From an uncultured Alphaproteobacteria bacterium (GTDB taxonomy: Bacteria > Pseudomonadota > Alphaproteobacteria > Acetobacterales > Acetobacteraceae): a DNA stretch of 64,000 nt. The notes under the pieces are model-generated. The model saw only the letters and a list, made by a program, of their open reading frames with translations, was not told the DNA's origin and searched no databases. Shown one piece after another: positions 57,723-64,000 of this stretch (position 1 is its first letter; each line of letters starts with the position of its first letter). The stretch is from the NCBI GenBank assembly GCA_963839135.1, contig CAWIUA010000013.1, positions 27,360-91,359 of the forward strand. The letters run 5' to 3'. The translations under genes and the position numbers were made by a program.

Positions 57723-58280
57723 TTACGGCGCGGCGCGGCCGACGACGCGCTCGATCTCGGTGCGGACCAGGCGCTCGACGAGCGGCGGCAGGTGCTGGTC
57801 GAGCCATGCCTTGAGCATAGGGCGCAGCTCCTCGCGCACGACGTCCTCGATGGTGGGGCCGGTGCGGTGCACGGGCGCCGCGCGCTCGGCGACGAGCGCC
57901 TGGACGAGGGCGCTGACGGCGGAGGCGGCCGACGCCGCTGCCTCGGGTGCTACGAGCACCGCCGGCGTTGGCTGAGGCGCGGGTTGCGGCGTGCTCTCGG
58001 GTGCGCTCTCTGGCGCGGATCGGGATGAAACGGGCCGGCCTGCCGGCGGCTGGGCAACGGTCGGGTCTTCAACGATCATGGACGTGTCGAGCATGAGCAC
58101 GTCCTCCTTGCGGACGGCCGGCGAATCCTCGTGCGCGGCCTCGGGAGCAGGGGGCGCACCGACCTCGTCTTCGTTGAGGATGCGGCGGATGGAGGCGAGG
58201 ATGTCCTCCATGGATGGGTCGGGGCCGCCGGGCGCGGCCGGATCGGGCCGGGGCGGGACGCCACTGGATGCGCTGCTCAT
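57723..58280 (-). CDS. DUF2497 / PopZ-like pole-organising protein homologue
   Basis: MEDILASIRRILNEDE N-terminal motif, a Pro/acidic linker, and C-terminus TIEDVVREELRPMLKAWLDQHLPPLVERLVRTEIERV closely resembling Caulobacter PopZ. Confidence 0.8.
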   Translation of the reverse strand: MSSASSGVPPRPDPAAPGGPDPSMEDILASIRRILNEDEVGAPPAPEAAHEDSPAVRKEDVLMLDTSMIVEDPTVAQPPAGRPVSSRSAPESAPESTPQPAPQPTPAVLVAPEAAASAASAVSALVQALVAERAAPVHRTGPTIEDVVREELRPMLKAWLDQHLPPLVERLVRTEIERVVGRAAP

Positions 58281-58282
58281 GG

Positions 58283-59711
58283 TCAGCGCCCAGGCTGCTG
58301 GGTGGCAAAGTCGCCGGTGCCGAAGAGGCGTCCGCGCACCGCGCGGTAGTAGGCGGTGTCGTCGTAGAGCGGCACATTCAGGTTGAGGTCCCGCGCGGTC
58401 AGGCGGCCGATGGCGAAGGCCACTGAATAGGACGCGGTGATGAGGCTGCTGAGGTTCTGCACGAGCGTGACCTGGGAGTTGAGGAGCGCCTGCTGGGCGT
58501 TGAGGACGTCGAGCGTCGTGCGGCTGCCGACGATGGCCTCGCGCTCGACACCTTCAAGCGCGACCTGGTTGGCACGGACCTGGGCGCGAGTGCTGTCAAT
58601 CGTCGAGCGCGCGGCGACGAGGGTCTCCCAGGACTGGGTCGCCGCCTGGATCGCCGTGCGCCGGGCGTTGTCCACCAGCCGCATCGCTTGCTGTTGGCTC
58701 TGCCGCGCCTGGCGGACCTTCGAGTATTCGGCACCGCCCTGGTAGAGAGGCACAGATGCATTCACCAACACCTGCCCGCCGATGATGCGCGTATGGGCGA
58801 TTTGCGTGTTATCGGAACGCGCTCCTTGGGCCTGCAGCGAGACTTGCGGCATGAGCTGGCTGAACGCCACGTCCACGGCGTCCTTCGCCGCTGCTTCGGT
58901 GAAGAGTGCTGCGATCACGTTCGGGTTGTTCGTGGCGGCGAGCTGGTCGGCCTCGGCCTCGTTGCGGACGGGAAGGCGCAAGGGCTGCGGCTTGACGAGA
59001 TTTGGCTGGGGATACTCGCCGATCGTGGCGACGTAGGTCGCGCGCGCGGTCTGCAGGTTGCCCTCCGAGGTCTGGCGCGTCGCGCGGGCGCCGGCCAGCG
59101 CAGCCTCGGCCTGGGCGACATCCGTGCGTGTGATCTCGCCGACGCGGAAGCGGTCCTGAGTCGCCTGGAGCTGCTTCGTGAGCACCTGCTCGTTGTTGAT
59201 GTTGAGCTGCAGCACCTGCTCGGCCTGGATCACGCCGACGTAGGCGTTGATGGTGTTCACGAACAGCTGCTCCTCGGTCGCCATGAGCTGGGAGCGCTGG
59301 GAATAGACCTGGTTCGTGGCCTGGTGCGTGCTCGCCTGAGTCTGGCCGCCGCGGTAGAGCGGCTGGGTCAGTGTTGCCGTGCCCTCGCCGATGTCGCGAT
59401 CGTTCGGAATCTTTTGGGATGCCGCCCGGTAAGCCGAGCTCTGAGGCCGAACGGGTGGTATAGGTGCCCTGGCCGTAGCCGATGCTCCCGGAAAGCACAA
59501 CAGTGGGCCGCCAGCCGGAGAGTGCCTGGGGCACATTCTCGTCCGTGGCGCGGAGCTGGGCGCGCGCAGCCTGGAGCTGGGGATTGTTCGCGTAGGCAGC
59601 GGCGAGCGCGTCCTGCAGCGTGCGCACCTGGGCCGCCGCTGGGGCCGCCGCTAGGGTCGCTCCGGCGGCCAGCGCGAGCGCGAACCCGGTCACGATCCCG
59701 CCCTTGCGCAT
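58283..59711 (-). pseudogene. tolC: TolC-family outer membrane channel, frame change near 59440
   Basis: GGAGGA + ATG 59711, signal peptide, LQDALAAAYANNPQLQAARA in the frame of ORF 58809..59789. The remainder (LTQPLYRGGQT...VPLYQGGAEY...) is in ORF 58283..59536. Confidence 0.85.
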
Positions 59712-59818
59712 AGTGCGTCCTCCAGATCCAGCCGTAAGGAATCCAGGATGCCACATGCGCCGGCCGCGCGCCACCGTCGAGCCTTCCATGGCGTAACTCT
59801 ATGGCGTACCTCTGGGGA

Positions 59819-60496
59819 TCAGAACTGGAACGCTGGCCCTGGCAGCAGGGACGGAAGCGGCGGGGTCGCGCAGTCGAACAGAGGCTGGGCGCGCAGCTCA
59901 CCCGGGCGCAGGCTCGGCTCGGCAAGCACCGCGTAGCCGCTGCCCTGGGGCGGCGTGATCACGGTCGCGAGCCGGCCGCCTGCCCCTACCTGCTGGCAGA
60001 GCGCGGGCGGAATGGCGCGAACGGCGCCGTCGAGCAGGATGGCATCCCACGGCTCGCCTTGGGCGAGTCCTTCTCCGATCGGCCCGATGACGACCCGCAC
60101 GCTCGGCGCAAGCTCGGCGAGCAGGGACTGTGCCACCGCGAGCAGGGCCTCGTCCTCTTCGAGCGCCGTCGCCTGCGCCCCGCACGCGGCGACGAGCGCC
60201 GCGCCGTAGCCCGTCCCGGCGGCCGCGACGAGCACCCGCTCGCCCGCGCGCAGGCGCAAGGCCTGCACGAGCCGGGCGATCACCATCGGCTCGATGAGAT
60301 AGCGCCCGCCGCCGAGCGGCACGTCCTCGTCGCTGTAGGCGAGTGCCGCCGCGCCCGGCGGCACGAACCGCTCGCGCGGCAGGCGCCGCATGGCCTGGAT
60401 CACGCGCGGATCGGTGACGCGGTTCGGCCGCACCTGGCCGTCCACCATGTTGTCGCGGGCTTGGGCGAAATCGGTCGTGCGCAGGTCCATGAGCAT
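59819..60496 (-). CDS. pcm: protein-L-isoaspartate O-methyltransferase
   Basis: MVDGQVRPNRVTDPRVIQAMRRLPRERFVP; VLVAAAGTGYGAA SAM motif. Confidence 0.85.
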   Translation of the reverse strand: MLMDLRTTDFAQARDNMVDGQVRPNRVTDPRVIQAMRRLPRERFVPPGAAALAYSDEDVPLGGGRYLIEPMVIARLVQALRLRAGERVLVAAAGTGYGAALVAACGAQATALEEDEALLAVAQSLLAELAPSVRVVIGPIGEGLAQGEPWDAILLDGAVRAIPPALCQQVGAGGRLATVITPPQGSGYAVLAEPSLRPGELRAQPLFDCATPPLPSLLPGPAFQF

Positions 60497-60624
60497 CAAG
60501 GGGCTGTGTCGGCGGGGGTTATAGGCGCGGCCCCGCCGCGGCGCCATAGGCGCGGCATTGCCGCGACGCCAGCCGCAGCTTGACCTGGCAGGGCGGGCCA
60601 GGGGATAAGCGGCGGGGCTGGCCT

Positions 60625-60698
60625 GGTCCGGTGGCAGAGTGGTGATGCAGCGGACTGCAAATCCGCGTATGCCGGTTCAATTCCGGCCCGGACCTCCA
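60625..60698 (+). tRNA. tRNA-Cys (GCA)
   Basis: Hand-folded cloverleaf: acceptor GGTCCGG/CCGGACC, anticodon arm GCGGA-CTGCAAA-TCCGC, T arm GCCGG-TTCAATT-CCGGC, encoded CCA. Confidence 0.9.
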
Positions 60699-61105
60699 GT
60701 TTTTCAGGAGCTTACGTTCCGGCGTGGGTTTTCTCCTAGTTCCCTCAAGCTTCTTGAGGAAATCGTTAGAGGTAAGTGCGACGGGATGCCTCGCTCGCGA
60801 GATCACTCGCGCTCACGCGAGGCTGTGAGGACCGGCCATACTTCCGGCCCGTCTTCAACGAGCGCTCCGCCCGAACCTCCACCACGGGGATGGCCCGTAC
60901 ACAGCATCCTTGCGTTTCCTACGATTGTACAATGTGCGGCCGGTCACGGGCGGGAGGGCCGCCTTATGTATCCCCCACACGCTCCGGCGCTGAGTGTGAG
61001 CACTTCCGGACACTGCTCACAGCCGGGTCTCTACGATGACGCCACCACTACATCATTGGCGGCCGTGCTCGCGTCATCTCAAATTGCCAAGGAAAGAGAG
61101 GGACA

Positions 61106-61453
61106 GTGCGCACCCACAAGAACGAAAGCTTCGGCGAGCGCAGGGCAGCGGCCGCGAGTGCGAAGAAGGCTATGGCCGAGCGGTTCCGTGCGCAACAGTC
61201 GCACCCTAACGACCCGGTCGTCGCGGAACGGCAGGCGAAGCTGCGGGCGATCAGCGACGCTCGCGAGGCGCGGCACGCTGAACGCAAGGCCGCCCGTGAC
61301 GCCGACGCGGCGTGCCGGGCAGCTGAAGAGGCTGCCCGGGTCGCGGAGTTGGCAGCCCTTGCGGCCGAGCAGGTAGCCCGCGAGGTCGCCTTGGAAGTCG
61401 AGCGCAAAGCCGCCCGCGACGCCCGCTACGCCGCGCGCAAGGCGCGTCGGTGA
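61106..61453 (+). CDS. small Ala/Arg/Lys-rich coiled-coil protein (conserved small-protein type common in Alphaproteobacteria)
   Basis: AGAGGG + GTG 61106. ...FGERRAAAASAKKAMAERFRA...DPVVAERQAK... Confidence 0.6.
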   Translation: MRTHKNESFGERRAAAASAKKAMAERFRAQQSHPNDPVVAERQAKLRAISDAREARHAERKAARDADAACRAAEEAARVAELAALAAEQVAREVALEVERKAARDARYAARKARR

Positions 61454-61628
61454 GCCGAGACGGTTTGCATTCGCCTGACATGAGCAGCGGGCGAACGCTG
61501 GAGGCGGCCTTCTCGGCTAAGTCGGCTGAGATTGCTGGAGGGAGCGGTTGCAGGTCCCATCCAGATCGGCCCGGCAGTTCGGATCAGCGTTGCATAGGAC
61601 AGGCCGGTCACGCCTGGGGAGACAGGAG

Positions 61629-61835
61629 ATGGTTAGGAGGAGGAACACCAGTGCTCCGCGGGTGCAGCCGCAGTTCCTCAAGGAGCTGCAGAAGCGGGAG
61701 CACGAGCAGACGCTGGAAGGGCGCGATGGTGCTGCGGAAGCGGACGCGGCCGTCGCCGAGCTGATGGCACGCTTCGACAACACGCGCGAGCGCCGCGAGG
61801 CGATCGTGCGCGCCATGCGGCGGGCTGTCTCATGA
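61629..61835 (+). CDS. small hypothetical protein (68 aa)
   Basis: GGAGACAGGAG + ATG 61629. Charged, helical. Confidence 0.4.
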   Translation: MVRRRNTSAPRVQPQFLKELQKREHEQTLEGRDGAAEADAAVAELMARFDNTRERREAIVRAMRRAVS

Positions 61836-62027
61836 GGGCACGTGCCAGTCGGTCGTTGCAGCGCCCCTAGCAAAGCGCGGCCGAGACGCCCATATGACGT
61901 TCTCGGCGCTTTTCGGCCTGGGCTACTCGTGCCTGCTACCTGCGGTTCTGCCGCATCCGGCGCTTCCCCAATTTGAAAGGTGAGATGGCCTGCTGTCTGC
62001 AGGTTGCCGGACGCAAGGAGACGCGCG

Positions 62028-62234
62028 ATGTCTACAGGTACAGTCAAGTGGTTCAACGCCCAGAAGGGCTACGGCTTCATCCAGACCGACGATGGCTCGA
62101 AGGACGTCTTCGTCCACATCTCGGCCGTTGAACGCGCAGGCCTCGGCACCCTGAACGAGGGCCAGAAGGTCAGCTTCGACCTCGAGCGCGGCAACCAGGG
62201 CAAGATGTCGGCGGCGAACCTGCAGGCCGTCTGA
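62028..62234 (+). CDS. cspA: cold-shock protein (CspA family)
   Basis: AAGGAG + [36 protein letters not shown] (RNP1/RNP2). Confidence 0.93.
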   Translation: MSTGTVKWFNAQKGYGFIQTDDGSKDVFVHISAVERAGLGTLNEGQKVSFDLERGNQGKMSAANLQAV

Positions 62235-62242
62235 CTCCCTCG

Positions 62243-62281
62243 TCCGGTGCCGGCCCTGGCTCATGGCCGGGGCGGCACCGG
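62243..62281 (+). terminator. imperfect GC hairpin after cspA
   Basis: CCGGTGCCGGCC-loop-GGCCGGGGCGGCACCGG. No clear U-tract. Confidence 0.35.
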
Positions 62282-62297
62282 TCGTGACGGAGGGCTC

Positions 62298-62801
62298 ATG
62301 GCCCAGCACCAGCACAAGTTCACGGTCGGCCAAGTGGTCGATTTCCTGCCCGCCGCTGCGGACGGAAACGTCCGACGCGGCCGGTACACAATCCAACGCC
62401 TGCTCCCGAGCGAGCAGGGGGAGCCGCAATATCGGGTCCGGCATGCTCTGGACGGGTACGAGCGTGTCGTGACAGAGAGTCGAGCTCAGCCAGCCTACCA
62501 CAGCAGCACCGCAGCTGCCGGCTTGAGCGATCCCGCCATTGCCGTGGCGCAGGAGCCCGGGCCGCCATGGGCCGGGCATGAGGGAGTGTACACAATGCCG
62601 TTCAAGCCGAACTACAACTTCCAGCGGAGCGAGCGGGCCCGCCTGAAGCAGGCAAAGCAGGACGCCAAGCGGCAGGAGCGCGCGGAGGCGGCGGCCACTC
62701 GGCGCGAGGCCGAGGGGGAAACATCGGCCGCCTCGTCCGAGCCGCAGCCGGACGACGGCGCCCCGCAAGCATCGCCGCCGGCCGGCGGCGACGGCGGCTA
62801 G
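62298..62801 (+). CDS. small conserved protein (MAQHQHKFTVGQVV... type); as sequenced it reads through into the next small gene
   Basis: GGAGGG + ATG 62298. The first about 70 aa look like a stand-alone small protein. No stop occurs before 62801, possibly through another indel. Confidence 0.45.
   Translation: MAQHQHKFTVGQVVDFLPAAADGNVRRGRYTIQRLLPSEQGEPQYRVRHALDGYERVVTESRAQPAYHSSTAAAGLSDPAIAVAQEPGPPWAGHEGVYTMPFKPNYNFQRSERARLKQAKQDAKRQERAEAAATRREAEGETSAASSEPQPDDGAPQASPPAGGDGG
62595..62801 (+). CDS. small Lys/Arg/Glu-rich protein (68 aa)
   Basis: Internal GAGGGAG + 8 nt + ATG 62595. MPFKPNYNFQRSERARLKQAKQDAKRQERAE... Confidence 0.45.
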   Translation: MPFKPNYNFQRSERARLKQAKQDAKRQERAEAAATRREAEGETSAASSEPQPDDGAPQASPPAGGDGG

Positions 62802-62807
62802 AGCGCT

Positions 62808-63032
62808 GTGGCCGTGAGGAGCCGCGCCCTGAGCAGCGTCGTGCTGTTCGACGTGCTCTACGTCGATGGCACGCGCAGCTCAAACCGCAAGGTGCCGAGC
62901 ACTGCGCTCGGCGGGCTTGACGGCGACGGGCCGGCAAAGGCTCTCATCGAGGCTCAGGACCAGGAGATCGGCCGCGCCGCCGGCCGACCCAGGCCGGCCA
63001 TCAAGTCGGTCGCCCGCTCCAAGCCGTCCTGA
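62808..63032 (+). CDS. small hypothetical protein (74 aa)
   Basis: ORF with ...LFDVLYVDGTRSSNRKVPSTALGGLDGDGPAKALIEAQDQEI.... Start codon uncertain. Confidence 0.4.
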   Translation: MAVRSRALSSVVLFDVLYVDGTRSSNRKVPSTALGGLDGDGPAKALIEAQDQEIGRAAGRPRPAIKSVARSKPS

Positions 63033-63262
63033 CCTCGGCGTTCGCAAAGCGGCCAGTGAGGTTCCCGCCGTTTGATGGGCACCCCGCAGCTTTCGCGAAC
63101 GGTATCTTCCATGGCAGAGGCCCGTCCGCGCATGCGCCTGAATTCCTGTGGCAGATGGCCGAGGCAGTGGCCAGATCGAAGGACAGGTTACCCGACTCAA
63201 GCTGGTCAAGCGCCAGGGCTACGGTCGTGCAAAGCTCGATCAGCCACTTTATCCAACTCGCC

Positions 63263-63343
63263 TGCGAGAGGGGGGACTCGAACCCCCACGCCTTGCGGCG
63301 CACGATTTTGAGTTGCGTGCGTCTACCGTTCCGCCACTCTCGC
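63263..63343 (-). tRNA. tRNA-Leu (CAA), CCA not encoded
   Basis: Reverse complement folds by hand: acceptor GCGAGAG/CTCTCGC, anticodon loop CTCAAAA, long variable arm, T arm GGGGG-TTCGAGT-CCCCC. The anticodon stem has one A.C mismatch and one G.U pair. Confidence 0.78.
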
Positions 63344-63456
63344 GCGCGCCGGGTTGTGCCCCGGCCAGGCTGCGGCGGCAAGAGGGGCCGAGAAGGACGG
63401 CTCCGGCGAAGCGTTGCGCGCGGCGCAGCGCGGCGCTATACGGGGCGCCCGCCCGT

Positions 63457-63532
63457 TCCCGGATAGCTCAGTTGGTAGAGCAAGCGGCTGTTAACCGCTC
63501 GGTCGTAGGTTCGAGTCCTACTCCGGGAGCCA
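63457..63532 (+). tRNA. tRNA-Asn (GTT)
   Basis: TCCCGGATAGCTCAGTTGGTAGAGCAAGCGGCTGTTAACCGCTCGGTCGTAGGTTCGAGTCCTACTCCGGGAGCCA; canonical cloverleaf with CCA. Confidence 0.93.
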
Positions 63533-64000
63533 GCGTCGCAAGTGTTCATACCGGTCACATCTTGCGAGCGCGCTGGCTGTGATAACGAGGGCTCAGGCCC
63601 TATCGCGCCCACCGCGATCCGCCCAGCATGGGTATCGCCGCACCGGATTGGCATCCGGTCATAGCGGCGAGCAGGCTGACCGGGCGCGCCCGGATCGCCA
63701 GGGGACCTGACGTCAGCGGGACACGACGAGCGTTAGCTCTCGCGCCTTGATCTCAGCTGCGGTCGGGGCGGCACGCGTCATCGGTGCACCAGGCCAGGGC
63801 ATGCCCTCAAGGACCGTGCCCCGAGTGATCGCGCCCCAGGAAACGGGGTCGCCCGCGGGCAGCGGCGGCCGCAGCTCACGCCGTGCACTCGTGCGGCCAA
63901 CGGCGTGCTCATCAGAGTGGAATTCAGCGTGCGACATGGTCGTGCTCCGCGCTTCATCACCCCTGCGCTCTACGGCACCGCAACCAAACTCGAAGTGACG

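Noticed and set aside
60842-60851. A 10-nt match (TTCCGGCCCG) to the 3' end of tRNA-Cys, as a possible attR of an integrated element.
   Set aside because: It is too short and GC-rich to distinguish from chance, and no integrase or other mobile genes lie between it and the tRNA.
63713-63998. ORFs 63713..63937(-), 63778..63960(-) and 63747..63998(+) after tRNA-Asn.
   Set aside because: No recognisable motifs, the frames conflict, and the window ends here. There is insufficient evidence to call a gene.

Overview
High-GC (by eye about 65-70%) chromosomal segment. Gene content and neighbourhoods look alphaproteobacterial, Rhodospirillales/Acetobacteraceae-like: PopZ-like DUF2497 next to valS/tolC/pcm; NDUFA12-like + mlaD + DUF2155; COQ7; hairpin-array intergenic repeats. 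That taxonomic call is inference only. I support about 60 protein genes and 3 tRNAs (Cys-GCA, Leu-CAA, Asn-GTT). Most are housekeeping or metabolic: lysC, ubiG, a sugar ABC transporter, ilvD, valS, tolC-family, pcm, xthA, coq7, dsbB-family, otsB, ribA-like, ohr, PPK2, GSTs and SDRs. No CRISPR array, rRNA, transposase or integrase was seen. Accessory-looking, A/T-richer patches (judged by eye) are listed here. (1) 26.5-30.9 kb holds a STAND/NLR-like P-loop NTPase locus with a glycine-rich two-helix membrane N-terminal module and near-identical 43-aa helical tandem repeats, followed by a Pro/Arg-rich orphan gene; this is my best candidate for an undescribed conflict/defence system. (2) 37.9-39.3 kb is a two-gene cassette (91-aa protein + 388-aa protein with a multi-TM C-terminus) wedged into a conserved operon neighbourhood. 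(3) 42.8-45.7 kb is a DUF2075 Schlafen-like ATPase translationally coupled to a signal-peptide EEP nuclease. (4) 51.5-53.1 kb is a PIN/Phd toxin-antitoxin pair plus an A/T-rich TM/coiled-coil gene. (5) 60.7-63.0 kb is a tRNA-flanked cluster of small proteins. Major caveat: at least about 20 conserved genes, including essential valS, change reading frame once or more as sequenced. Where I could localise the event it is often one extra base in a short C/G run. I read this as indel noise in the assembly rather than gene decay, so features typed 'pseudogene' mean 'frame-disrupted as given'. Frameshift positions are approximate (hand translation), and start codons are chosen by SD/ATG inspection only.
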